64,000 nucleotides of DNA, taken from an uncultured delta proteobacterium. GTDB taxonomy: Bacteria > Myxococcota_A > UBA9160 > SMWR01. Location of the stretch: NCBI GenBank assembly GCA_963832165.1, contig CAWHTE010000005.1:256001-320000 (forward strand), in the 5' to 3' direction. The number at the start of each line of letters is the position of its first letter. The stretch's first letter is position 1. The notes under the pieces are model-generated. The model searched no databases, had not been told where the DNA came from, and saw nothing but the letters and a program-made list of their open reading frames with translations. Position numbers and translations under genes: made by a program. This document shows positions 8,904 through 17,773 of the stretch, one piece after another.

Positions 8904-10266
8904 CCCCGCCCGCCCCGTAAGGCGTTATGCGGTCTCGGTTTTCGGTGTTCGCGTCGGTGACTCGTTCTCTGCTTTGAGTCATCTCCGCCCCGAGGTGGGG
9001 TGACTCTGAGGTCACTTCAGGAGCGACCCGCGCGAGCAGGTCCGCCGGAAGTTCACCCGGCCCGAGTCGCATCGGCTCGCGGTACTCGTCGCCGCCGCAC
9101 CATCGCGCGTAGTGGTCGGTGGTTACGTTGAGGTCCGCGTGACCGAGCTGGCGGCTCACATAGGCGACGTTCACCCCGCACGTGAGCAGCTGCGACGCGT
9201 AGGTGTCGCGGAGGTCCTTCATCGCGCGGTGCCCGATCGCGGCGCGCTTGAGGATCCGGCGCCACTCGCGATGCCGGAAGTTGCCAGGGTCGATCCCTTC
9301 GAAGATCGGCGTTTCCGGGCCCGGCTCGAAGCGGTCGACGTAGAGCTCGAGCAGCGCGGCGCGCAGGCGGCGCGAGAGCGCGACCCGCCGGTCGCGTCCG
9401 CTCTTCGGCGGCTCCGGGTCGCCACCTCGCGGCCGATTCTCGCGCACGTGGAGGTGGCGGCCGGAATCATCGCCGTCGGAGCCGAACGCGATCGCGCCCC
9501 ACCGAAGCCCGAGCGCCTCGCCCAGGCGCAGGCCCGCGTCGAGCAGCACGGTCACGAGAACACGAGACGCGAGGCCCTCCACGCGCGCGGCGCCGAGCAG
9601 CCTGCCCACCTCGTCGGGCCGCTCGATCGGGCGAATGCGATCCTCGGCCGCGGCCGCCCGCGCACCCTTGCCGCGCGAGCGACGCCGAAGCTGCCGGCGG
9701 AATTCCTCCACCGCGTTCATCGAGTCGAGCGCGCCCAGGTCGCGCGCGTACTCGAGCACGGCCGCCAGAGCGTTCACGTAGTGGCGCCCCGTGCTCGCGG
9801 CGCGCGTGCGCTCCTCGCCCTTCGAATTCTTGTACGGCGTCTCGACCACCTTGGCCCACCACTCGCGCAAGCGCGGCGCAGTGATCTCGTCGAGCCGGAA
9901 ATCGCCGAGCTGCTCCATGATGAGCCCGTCCTCTCCGAGATCGGTCGGTGCGATCTCGCCCGGCTCCGGCTCCTTCTTCGCCCTGAGGTAGGAGCGCTCG
10001 AGGTCCGAGCGCGTCGACGCGGCCAGGTGGCGCGTGTCCTCTTTCAGGTAGCGCTTCGCGAATGCGCGCAGCGTCGGTGACTCGAGGATCGGGGCCGGCA
10101 GTCGGCCGATACCCTTGCGCGCTTCGTAGAGGTCGCGCACCTGCGCGGCGACGCTCAGATCGCCCGTTTCGCAGGAGAAGCGCACGCGCCGACCGTTCAC
10201 GACGCGCTGGTAGTAGTAGACGCCGCCGCGCTTGGTGAGGTTGCGATCGTCGCGCTTCTTGCTCAT
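8854..10266 (-). CDS. int: Tyrosine recombinase/integrase whose 3' end spans the att site
   Basis: N-terminal arm-binding-like domain (GGVYYYQR), GLRLGE, KSGR, KDLRDT, LGH and catalytic Y in TTDHY. The C-terminus ERETGFEPATLSLGS is antisense tRNA. Confidence 0.93.
   Translation of the reverse strand: MSKKRDDRNLTKRGGVYYYQRVVNGRRVRFSCETGDLSVAAQVRDLYEARKGIGRLPAPILESPTLRAFAKRYLKEDTRHLAASTRSDLERSYLRAKKEPEPGEIAPTDLGEDGLIMEQLGDFRLDEITAPRLREWWAKVVETPYKNSKGEERTRAASTGRHYVNALAAVLEYARDLGALDSMNAVEEFRRQLRRRSRGKGARAAAAEDRIRPIERPDEVGRLLGAARVEGLASRVLVTVLLDAGLRLGEALGLRWGAIAFGSDGDDSGRHLHVRENRPRGGDPEPPKSGRDRRVALSRRLRAALLELYVDRFEPGPETPIFEGIDPGNFRHREWRRILKRAAIGHRAMKDLRDTYASQLLTCGVNVAYVSRQLGHADLNVTTDHYARWCGGDEYREPMRLGPGELPADLLARVAPEVTSESPHLGAEMTQSRERVTDANTENRDRITPYGAGGVERETGFEPATLSLGS
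8859..8903 (+). repeat. attL core (45 bp, 3' part of tRNA-Gly)
   Basis: TTCCCAAGCTGAGGGTCGCGGGTTCGAACCCCGTCTCGCGCTCCA, identical to 23713-23757. Confidence 0.95.
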
Positions 10267-10325
10267 CGCGTGAGCTCCTCCTCGCGTCGGTCCGTCGACA
10301 TACGCGCGTAGATGGCGGCTCTCAT
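10263..10325 (-). pseudogene. 20-aa serine-recombinase N-terminal stub coupled to int
   Basis: MRAAIYARMSTDRREEELTR with a GGAGG RBS. Resembles the resolvase Y-x-R-x-S motif. Stop overlaps the int ATG. Confidence 0.6.
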
Positions 10326-10336
10326 GCGTGCCTCCG

Positions 10337-10717
10337 TTAGAGCGGCAGATCGCCGCGAACTGCTGCCTTCATCAATTCGACGAGCACCGCCTTGAGCGTC
10401 TCGTACGTGATGCCCTTCCCGCCCTTCGCCAGCTTCGCTTTCGCGCGGTTCCACCTGGTGTCATCACGGGCGGCCTCGAGGAAGTCGTGTCCCTCCCACG
10501 TTAGGCGGCGGATCAGAAACGCTCGCTCATCGTACTTCCCGACGTCGACCGCATCGATCAGGCCCTTTTCATGGAGGAGCGCGACGTGCTCCACGCGCTT
10601 TTCGGTGGTGCCCAAAGACACCTCGAGACTCTCCACTCGGATCGCTCCGTCGGTGTCGGGCTGCGCGTCCTCGATCGCGATCAGCAGCTCTCGGATCAGG
10701 TCCCAATCGCGCTTCAC
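10337..10717 (-). CDS. DUF2513 family protein
   Basis: MKRDWDLIRELL and LTWEGHDFLEAARDDTRW motifs. Confidence 0.85.
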   Translation of the reverse strand: MKRDWDLIRELLIAIEDAQPDTDGAIRVESLEVSLGTTEKRVEHVALLHEKGLIDAVDVGKYDERAFLIRRLTWEGHDFLEAARDDTRWNRAKAKLAKGGKGITYETLKAVLVELMKAAVRGDLPL

Positions 10718-11085
10718 GCCGACGCCTCCGGGCCCTCTTCCTTCGCCTGTAGCAGGGCAAGCCTCGGCCCCACTGCGCGCGCAACACGCGCGCGGTTATC
10801 GCCGATCGCGACCCGCAGCCGAGCCGCCCACGCCTCGAGGTTGAAGTGGGCATCGGCGTCGTACGGCTGCCCCTTGCGAGGCCCCCGCTCGAACACACCG
10901 GCCGCGAGCTTGCGCTCGACTCGGGCAAGCGTGCGCGCGTCCATGCCGAGCAGCATTCCGGCAACGTCCGCCATCCGTTCGGGGTGCGCCTCGAGATCGC
11001 GTTCGTGCGCGTCGAGCATCGCGTCGCAATCCGCATTGAGCTTGCACTTGCGCGCCTTCTCGAGCGAGATCACCGGGCCGCTCAC
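10714..11085 (-). CDS. Hypothetical protein with G-x-R-K-G-Q-P motif
   Basis: Coupled by GTGA overlaps. Shares a motif with 11642-12430. Confidence 0.6.
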   Translation of the reverse strand: MSGPVISLEKARKCKLNADCDAMLDAHERDLEAHPERMADVAGMLLGMDARTLARVERKLAAGVFERGPRKGQPYDADAHFNLEAWAARLRVAIGDNRARVARAVGPRLALLQAKEEGPEASA

Positions 11086-11645
11086 GCGCTCACCTCCGGC
11101 GCGCGGCGCTGCACTACCCGTCGGCTCCGTCGTCGCGCGAGGAACACGAGCCCGAGCCCGATCAGTAGACCGGTGCTCGGCTCCGGCACGTTGTAGTCGA
11201 GCGTGCTGGTGATCGGGACGCCATCGCTCGCGATGTTGCAGAGCGCCACGTCGAGGCCGAAGAAGTCGAACGTGTTGCCGTCCCAGATCAGGGAGGTCGG
11301 TGAGCCATCGAAGATCAAATAGGATCGGATGTAGTTCCCCGGCTCATACGACTGGATCGACCGACTCGAGCCGCCCTGCGAGAAAACATCCGTCCAGCCA
11401 TCTCCGCTCTGGAGCGGGTCCGTGACCCAGCCGTCCATCACGGACGTCTGCACGGAATAGAGGTTGGCTCCGGTGAAGTTCACGCGGCCGTAGATGTGGT
11501 CGTCGGCCACGTCGAAGGGCGGCGCGGCCGAGAAGTAGATGACAACGTGCTGGTGATCGGCGGTCTGCGCCGCTTCGTAGTAGAACCCCGCCGCGTGGGC
11601 GGGGAGGGAGAGAAAGAGAGCGAGCGCGAACAGGTAGAGCTTCAT
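11082..11645 (-). CDS. PEP-CTERM sorting-signal protein (element cargo)
   Basis: Signal peptide MKLYLFALALFLSLPAHA. C-terminus has VPEP, a TM segment (STGLLIGLGLVFLA) and RRRSRR. Confidence 0.9.
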   Translation of the reverse strand: MKLYLFALALFLSLPAHAAGFYYEAAQTADHQHVVIYFSAAPPFDVADDHIYGRVNFTGANLYSVQTSVMDGWVTDPLQSGDGWTDVFSQGGSSRSIQSYEPGNYIRSYLIFDGSPTSLIWDGNTFDFFGLDVALCNIASDGVPITSTLDYNVPEPSTGLLIGLGLVFLARRRSRRVVQRRAPEVSA

Positions 11646-12430
11646 CTTGAAACCTCCGGCGCGCGGTGCGCGCGCGTGTAGAGCCCCCACGCGATCAGCG
11701 GGTCGGGCTCGGTTTCGATGATGCGCCGGCGCTTGCGCAGCCATGCAACCTCGGCCTTGAGGTTCTGGACACGCGAGCGCTTTCGCGTGGCGGCGCCCGG
11801 AGTGAGCGGTTGCCCCTTCCGCTCGCCGGACACCACGACGCCACCGTCGAGCACGGCTTGCGCCCTACGAATCGCGACGCGCGTTGCCTCGATCTTGCGC
11901 GGGATGCGGGCGAGCTCCTCGGTGAGCTCTCGCCGAGCGTGTTTCTCGAAGTCCGTTCGTTCGATCCGGCGCCGGCCGTAGAGCCAGAGATGGCCGAGTA
12001 GCTCGCGGCAATGGCCGTCGATGTCGCGACGACGCTTCTCGACCCATCCGTGTTCCACCGTCTTGGACGCGCGAAGGCGGCCTGCCCCATCCCGGATCCA
12101 CTGAATGATCGCAAGCGTCCGCTCCTGGAAGTACCCATCCGCGCTCGCGCGCTTGACCTCGATTCGGGTGTGACCGTTGCTCAGATAGCCCGGTAGCGTG
12201 TGATTCTCGACAACCCACGCCGCAGGGGCGCGAAATGGCGCCGGCCATGTCTCGACGTCGCGCATCCACTTCTCGCGCTCCTGCTCGGAGTGCGAGCGCA
12301 CGCGCGCCTGCTCGCGAGCGAGCTCACCGAGAGCGGCTGCGCGCTCTTCGCGACGCCAGCGCGCACCCAACGATTTCGATTGCTGCAAACGCGCGCATGC
12401 CGCTTCGAACGGGATTACGTCCGCCATCAC
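11642..12430 (-). CDS. Hypothetical protein
   Basis: Coupled ORF. C-terminal coiled region contains GERKGQP. Confidence 0.6.
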   Translation of the reverse strand: MMADVIPFEAACARLQQSKSLGARWRREERAAALGELAREQARVRSHSEQEREKWMRDVETWPAPFRAPAAWVVENHTLPGYLSNGHTRIEVKRASADGYFQERTLAIIQWIRDGAGRLRASKTVEHGWVEKRRRDIDGHCRELLGHLWLYGRRRIERTDFEKHARRELTEELARIPRKIEATRVAIRRAQAVLDGGVVVSGERKGQPLTPGAATRKRSRVQNLKAEVAWLRKRRRIIETEPDPLIAWGLYTRAHRAPEVSR

Positions 12431-13140
12431 GCACTCGCCGCCCGCCGGGCCTGGGCCTTCTCGCTCAGATCCCGGTTGTGGATCGCGAGTATCTCCTCGT
12501 CGATCGCCTCGAGATCTCGCCTCCACGCGAGCAGCGGCTCAATCTGCTCACGTGCTCGCTCCGCTTCGGCCGTCAGAGCTCGCCGCTGCGCGTTGAGCTC
12601 GTCGATCCGGCGGTACGGGTCCTCGAGCTTCTTGCGGCTCTCCGCTTCCGCCCTTCGGTCATCGCGCGCGATTTCCAATTCGCGCTGCCCGTGCTTCGCG
12701 ACTTCGAGTAGGTCCGCGAGCAGCGCGAGCACGGCCGGCTGCATGTCGGTGAACTCGTACTCCTCGTCAACCGGCGCTCGCAGCGCGGCGGCCAGGAGCT
12801 CGAGGTGCTCGATCACTGGCAGGTAACTCGGGAGCCGGCCGGCTTTCAGTGCGGTGCTGGATTCGGTGCAGCGGAGCTCGACGGGGCGCCCGGACTCGAT
12901 CGCGCGCGTGCACGCATCGACCACGTAGCCGATCGAGTCGCGCAGCCACGTCGACTCGTTGCCACCTGCTGCCGCGCGGTTCGCGAGGTCCTGCCAATGG
13001 CGGAAATCCTTCTTGAGCCACTGCGCGGCGCGCTTCGGCGTGAGCGTGCGGCACGGCGGCGGGAGGCAGCCGGTGTCGAACGACTCGAGCTTCTCGCGCT
13101 TCGCCTTGCCGTTCGTCGCGTGCTTCTTCGCGGCCATCAC
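12427..13140 (-). CDS. Hypothetical protein with C-terminal coiled coil
   Basis: Coupled ORF with a GGTGG-type RBS and plausible composition. Confidence 0.6.
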   Translation of the reverse strand: MMAAKKHATNGKAKREKLESFDTGCLPPPCRTLTPKRAAQWLKKDFRHWQDLANRAAAGGNESTWLRDSIGYVVDACTRAIESGRPVELRCTESSTALKAGRLPSYLPVIEHLELLAAALRAPVDEEYEFTDMQPAVLALLADLLEVAKHGQRELEIARDDRRAEAESRKKLEDPYRRIDELNAQRRALTAEAERAREQIEPLLAWRRDLEAIDEEILAIHNRDLSEKAQARRAASA

Positions 13141-13550
13141 GCCACCGCCTTCCGGTGCGCTTCCGCCATGTCGAACAGCGAGCAGATCCGCGCCAGGAGC
13201 GCGCGGCGAAGCGCGAGCCGCTCGAAGCTCTCCGCGTTCTGCTGCGGCACCTCGAGGAGTAGTCGCAGCGAGTGGAGGCGGTCGCGCACGTCGAGCGGCA
13301 CCAGATCATCCTCGACGAGGGCAGCCTCGCGGCCCTCGGCCAGTGCGGTCGCCGCCTCGATCACGTGTGTGACGTCGAAGGCGAGATAGCTAGCGCAGTC
13401 GCGGCGCTCCGCGTTCGTGTCGAAGAGCGCATCGGCCAGGAGCTCGCCGATCCCAAGCGCGCCTTCGGAGAGAAACTCGCGCAGCGCCGCGCCCTCCATC
13501 GCGGGGAGCGACATCACCGTCGCCTCGAATCGTTCCGTCTTCTTCGCCAT
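13137..13550 (-). CDS. Hypothetical protein
   Basis: RBS GGAGG before ATG 13550. Coupled to the next gene. Confidence 0.6.
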   Translation of the reverse strand: MAKKTERFEATVMSLPAMEGAALREFLSEGALGIGELLADALFDTNAERRDCASYLAFDVTHVIEAATALAEGREAALVEDDLVPLDVRDRLHSLRLLLEVPQQNAESFERLALRRALLARICSLFDMAEAHRKAVA

Positions 13551-13573
13551 GCGCCCTCCGTTATGGGGAGGCG

Positions 13574-13777
13574 TTAGGTCCGCCGCCGCAGCACGCGCGC
13601 AAGAACTTCATGCGCGATCGTCCCTTGCGGGAGCCCGCGTTCCGCCGCCCACGCCTGCAAGGTCGCGAGCTCACCATCGGTGAGCATCACCACGACGCGA
13701 TTGCGGCGCGCTTCGTCGGCCGGCTTCGGCGGTCTCCCCACTCGCGGCGCCTCCTGCCTCCCCCGTTTCGGAGCCAT
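13574..13777 (-). CDS. Small ribbon-helix-helix-like DNA-binding protein
   Basis: GRPPKP...R-x-x-R-VVVMLTDGE...AAERG pattern typical of CopG/MobC-like RHH proteins. AT-rich upstream region. Confidence 0.65.
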   Translation of the reverse strand: MAPKRGRQEAPRVGRPPKPADEARRNRVVVMLTDGELATLQAWAAERGLPQGTIAHEVLARVLRRRT

Positions 13778-14025
13778 CCTACCCCCAATCTATTTCAATT
13801 GCCAGCAAATTGATTCGGACACACGAACGCCCCCCTCGCGCGCCGTCGGCCTCGATTATCCGGCCTCCGGAGTCGGGTCGCGACCGGAAACCGCGTTCGA
13901 GCTCCGACGGGAGCTATCTGTTCGCCGTGAACAGACCCCACGGGCGCGGCGTTTCTCGCCCTCGACCGCGCCTTCGCGGGCGGGGCGGGTGTCGAAGCCG
14001 AGAGATAGAAGCTCCATGGACCCCC

Positions 14026-15468
14026 CTATTCCGCGACCGCGTATGGGCGAATCATCCGGCGCGAGCCCCACACGTACGCCTGACTTTGATCGCCGCGCGC
14101 GGAATAGACCGCACCCGCCAAGGCCGTGCAGAGATCGTCATGCCCACCCGGCGGGTGCGAAATCAGATCGCGCCCTCCGCGCGAGGTGCGGCGCTCGAGC
14201 GCGCACAGCTGCGCGACGAGCCGCGGGTGATCGATCAACTCGACGCGACCCGCGTTCATCATGGGAAGCAACTCGGCGTAGAGCCCGCTGGTGGTCTTCT
14301 CGCAATGCACGTAGCGGATTCCCGCCGACGCGAAGCTGTCGACTACAAAACCAGCCGAATAGCGATCGCCGGATACTTGGCTGAGGTGGAATCGCCGTAG
14401 GTCTTCGGCGAATCCTTCGATCGCCGCGCTAGGGGAGTGCGGGGCCCGCACCTCCCGCAGCAGATCGATTACGACGCGCTCTCCTTCAGCGTGGCAAATG
14501 CAGAGAGCTGCGGAATCGGCGCTACCACCCGAAGGGTCGCAGTGCGCGGAGTAGCTCGGAGCCCAGGTGGCGCTCGGATTCGCCGGCAGCTCGTAGCGAC
14601 CCGGAACGATGGCGGACTCTACGCTCTCGCGCGTCAGGAACGTCTCGACGTCACTGCGGAACTCCGCGAGCCACTCGGCGCGCGCGCGGGGCTCGTCCTC
14701 CGCGAGCGCACGCTCGACGAGCGCCTCGGAGAGGGTGGGGTTCATCATCCGGCTGGTCGCCTGCGCGACGAGCACGTCAGAGTCGTCATTGCCGTAGTGC
14801 GCGCGGTAAGCGCGCCAGAGCTCTCCCGATCGCGCGTAGGGACTGCTGATCGCGAGGAGTAGCGGGCGGTCGATCGTGGCCATCGCGGGCTTCAGCGCTG
14901 CGATCACCTCGGCGTCCGGGTTGGCGGAATCGTCGCTGCGCCAGAAGCTAATCTCATCACATATGACACCTATCAGTGTCGGTCCGCGAACCGATCTGTA
15001 GTTCGAGACGTGCACCTCGATCGCGGTGCGGTTCGTGAAGTAGATCGCCTCCGAGGTGCGGCGCTCTACCATGGCGGAGAGCATCGGCGCGCCGTCGACG
15101 AGGGCCTCGACATAGCGGAAGCACACGCCGGCCTGCCGCTTGTCCGCGGCGAGGATCATGAAGACGCCGCGTTCGCCGGGCGCGAGCGCGCTCGCCCAGT
15201 CGCGGAAACAACAGGTGAACACGGCGAGGAGCGCTCCAATCCTCGACTTCGCGGCGCGGCGCCCCATCGCGAACCAGCCTTCGGAGAAGGGCTTCGTCGG
15301 CCAGGTCGTGCGGCCGGTGAGGGCGCGGAAGATTTCGAGATCCCCGTCTCGAGGCGGGAGCGCACACAACGCCGCGAGGAGCACGCGCCACATGTTCCAG
15401 GTCGGACCGGGGAACGCGGACCCGAATAGCCTCGGATCGTCGAGCGCATCGAGGATCGTCAGGCTCAT
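14026..15468 (-). CDS. terL: Terminase large subunit-like protein
   Basis: Walker A-like GRRAAKS, Walker B VICDE, coupling motif ISSP, and RNase H-like nuclease motifs DPSGG, GDRY and HDD. Confidence 0.85.
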   Translation of the reverse strand: MSLTILDALDDPRLFGSAFPGPTWNMWRVLLAALCALPPRDGDLEIFRALTGRTTWPTKPFSEGWFAMGRRAAKSRIGALLAVFTCCFRDWASALAPGERGVFMILAADKRQAGVCFRYVEALVDGAPMLSAMVERRTSEAIYFTNRTAIEVHVSNYRSVRGPTLIGVICDEISFWRSDDSANPDAEVIAALKPAMATIDRPLLLAISSPYARSGELWRAYRAHYGNDDSDVLVAQATSRMMNPTLSEALVERALAEDEPRARAEWLAEFRSDVETFLTRESVESAIVPGRYELPANPSATWAPSYSAHCDPSGGSADSAALCICHAEGERVVIDLLREVRAPHSPSAAIEGFAEDLRRFHLSQVSGDRYSAGFVVDSFASAGIRYVHCEKTTSGLYAELLPMMNAGRVELIDHPRLVAQLCALERRTSRGGRDLISHPPGGHDDLCTALAGAVYSARGDQSQAYVWGSRRMIRPYAVAE

Positions 15469-15548
15469 GCGCACCCCGCGCGCCAGGTCGGCCCGGCGAA
15501 CATCGCGCCGAACAGGTGCGGATCGTCGAGTGCGGCGAGGATCGTCAC
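15465..15548 (-). pseudogene. 27-aa stub duplicating the TerL N-terminus
   Basis: MTILAALDDPHLFGAMFAGPTWRAGCA versus TerL MSLTILDALDDPRLFGSAFPGPTW. Confidence 0.7.
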
Positions 15549-15879
15549 AGCGCCCCCGACTTCCCCGTCGACCCCGACCTCGCCGGGGCAAACTCGGGCT
15601 TCCGTGCACCCTGAAACGGCCCGCGGTGCGTTTTCAGCCCGAGAGCGCCGCGCACGCCTAACACACGGACGGCGTAGGCGCGGCGGCAGGAGACCCCCTC
15701 GCGCCGCCGCGCCAGTGCTCCCGTGGAAGGCGAACACGGGAGCACGAGAAAGCTCGCCGACGGGCTCATGCGCACCGCGCGCGAGGTGGCGCGCAGCCAG
15801 GGGTGGACCGCCGCCCGACTGCGCGCCGGCCACCCCCGTGCACGAACACACGGGGGGACCATCGAAACCTCGCGCACGA

Positions 15880-16125
15880 TCAGCCCTGCTCCGCCGGGGT
15901 GCCGGCTTTCAGCTTATCGCCGGCGGGCACCATGTACGCCGGCCGACGATTCGGCGGCGACGGCTCGAAACCCTCCGGGAACTCGAAGCGGTCGCGATAA
16001 TTCCACGCCTGCGCGGCGGAAAGCTCGACCTCCTCGCCGATCGTCGCGTAGACGGGTTCGGTGCCCTCCACACGCAGTGCGTGCTTTCCGGGGCCTTTGA
16101 ACTTCGCCTTGACCAGATCACTCAT
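15880..16125 (-). CDS. Small hypothetical phage-type protein
   Basis: Strong RBS AGGAGG and plausible globular composition. Confidence 0.65.
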   Translation of the reverse strand: MSDLVKAKFKGPGKHALRVEGTEPVYATIGEEVELSAAQAWNYRDRFEFPEGFEPSPPNRRPAYMVPAGDKLKAGTPAEQG

Positions 16126-16164
16126 CCCGTTCTCCTCCTGTGCCGCGTGGCGGCAATGTTAGGT

Positions 16165-16770
16165 CTACTTCGCCCACTCTTCGCCGACGTTGCGCGAGTC
16201 GGACACGAACGCTGCCGCGCGGCACACCTGGTCGATGGCCTCCGCGCTCACGTCCGAGATCCGGCCGACCAGGCCGCCGCTGCCCGCGTTCGCCCGCGCG
16301 ATCCGCTTCGCCGATGCGCACGCGGGCCAGTCGATCTCGAACCGAAACCTGCGCTCGAGCGCCTCGACTTCGCGCTGCGCGAGCCCGCGACGAGCCGCCG
16401 CGCGCAGCAGTTCAGGGCCGGCGGCCGCGAGCGCGTCGAGCGCAGCCGTGAAGCGATCGGCCGCGGCGTCGAGCTCACGCGACTGCTCGGCCATCTGCGG
16501 CAAAAGCCGCCCGACCTCGACCTGGGCGTCGGCCCGCTCGGCCGCCTTGCGGCCCTGCTCGACCGCCGCGCGCTGCGCCTCGAGCCGCTCTCGCTTGCGG
16601 GCGAGCTCGTCGCGCCCTTTCTGGGCGAGCGTGGCGTGCTCCTCGTTCGGCGGATCCGCTGCCATCGCCGCGGCGATCGTCTCCTCGAGCTCCACCGCCT
16701 CCGCGTCGAGCGCGCGCAGGAGCTCGACGACCCCGCGCACCCGATCGTCGAGCGCTTCGACCGCGTTCAC
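16165..16770 (-). CDS. Coiled-coil hypothetical protein
   Basis: Ala/Glu/Arg heptad-rich sequence with a coupled start. Confidence 0.6.
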   Translation of the reverse strand: MNAVEALDDRVRGVVELLRALDAEAVELEETIAAAMAADPPNEEHATLAQKGRDELARKRERLEAQRAAVEQGRKAAERADAQVEVGRLLPQMAEQSRELDAAADRFTAALDALAAAGPELLRAAARRGLAQREVEALERRFRFEIDWPACASAKRIARANAGSGGLVGRISDVSAEAIDQVCRAAAFVSDSRNVGEEWAK

Positions 16771-17234
16771 TGGCCGGCTCCCTTGCGGCCGCCGAGCTGC
16801 CGCGCCATCGAGCGGATCGGCATGAAGCCATCCGCGAGCACCTTGCGCTCCTCCGCGGTGTAGTCCGGCTCCGCGGGCTTGCGCGATGCGCGCGGGGGCA
16901 GCGGCGCAAAGTTCGCGCGGATGTACTCCTCGGAGGTCGGATCCGGCGGCTGCTTCGCACGCTGCTCGGACTTCAAATGCTCGAGCGTTTCAAAATCCTG
17001 CAGCTGAGCGTCCGTGCACCGCTCGAGCATCGCGCGGTCGCGACCTTTCCCGACCAGGCGATCGATCAGCGCCCGACGTTCGGGCGATGCCGCCGCGGGC
17101 GATGCGGCCGCTGGCGCGGCGGCCGGGCGCGCCTTGGGCGTCGCGTGCCGGAGAGCGTTGACGCGCTCCGGCGTCATCACCACGCCGATCACGCCGCCGA
17201 CGCGGAGCCCGTCCTCGTGCTGTTTGCGATTCAT
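16767..17234 (-). CDS. Hypothetical protein
   Basis: RBS GAGGAG before ATG 17234. Ala/Pro linker followed by a helical domain. Confidence 0.6.
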   Translation of the reverse strand: MNRKQHEDGLRVGGVIGVVMTPERVNALRHATPKARPAAAPAAASPAAASPERRALIDRLVGKGRDRAMLERCTDAQLQDFETLEHLKSEQRAKQPPDPTSEEYIRANFAPLPPRASRKPAEPDYTAEERKVLADGFMPIRSMARQLGGRKGAGQ

Positions 17235-17303
17235 CGCTCTACTCCTCTCGTGTTGAGCGCCTCTCGGCGCAGTGAATAGGTGCGCGGGTGCGAGCCCTTG
17301 CCG

Positions 17304-17546
17304 TCATGCAATCCCCGGCCCCTCCTCGAGGCCGACAGCAGCGAGCGAGCCCGGAGGACTCGCCTTTGTGAGCGCCCGCGCTCGCCAACGGAGATTGCCC
17401 GCTCGCCAGGTAGCGAATCGCGGCGCAACGCCGCGGTGAAAACGCATGGCCGAGTCCGGCCGGATCGCCGGCTCGATCGGCAGGAAGCCGCCCGCGACGC
17501 GCACGTAGAGCGTGAGGCCGCCTTCGACTGCTGCTCGCACGCTCAT
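17304..17546 (-). CDS. Small hypothetical protein
   Basis: ATGA coupling with the upstream ORF. Confidence 0.4.
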   Translation of the reverse strand: MSVRAAVEGGLTLYVRVAGGFLPIEPAIRPDSAMRFHRGVAPRFATWRAGNLRWRARALTKASPPGSLAAVGLEEGPGIA

Positions 17547-17773
17547 CGCCCAGCCTCGGGGGTGAAGTGCGGCGGCGCCTCGGGCATCTTCGCTGCGGGG
17601 GCAGCTCCGCCAGAGACACCGCCGCACCGGGCTTCGAGGTCGAGCGCGAGCTGGCCGTCGGACTCGGCGAGCTCGCGGCGTGCAAGGGACGAGCGTTCGC
17701 GACGGTCGGCGATGCGCTGCGCGCGGGTCGGACGCGGGGCTTCGGACCGGTGAATCGGTGTGTGTGCGTTCAC
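17543..17773 (-). CDS. Small hypothetical protein (starts MNAHTPIHRSEAP)
   Basis: GGAGG RBS and GTGA coupling. Confidence 0.5.
   Translation of the reverse strand: MNAHTPIHRSEAPRPTRAQRIADRRERSSLARRELAESDGQLALDLEARCGGVSGGAAPAAKMPEAPPHFTPEAGR

Noticed and set aside
13810..14400. Plus-strand ORFs inside the element (e.g. 13810-14400, 15604-16863)
   Set aside because: Antisense to coupled minus-strand genes, with no recognisable motifs.
15545..15877. 110-aa ORF upstream of the terL stub
   Set aside because: It fits the gap and overlaps the stub start, but composition is low-complexity with no clear RBS. Not enough support to call, and the region could instead be a non-coding packaging site.
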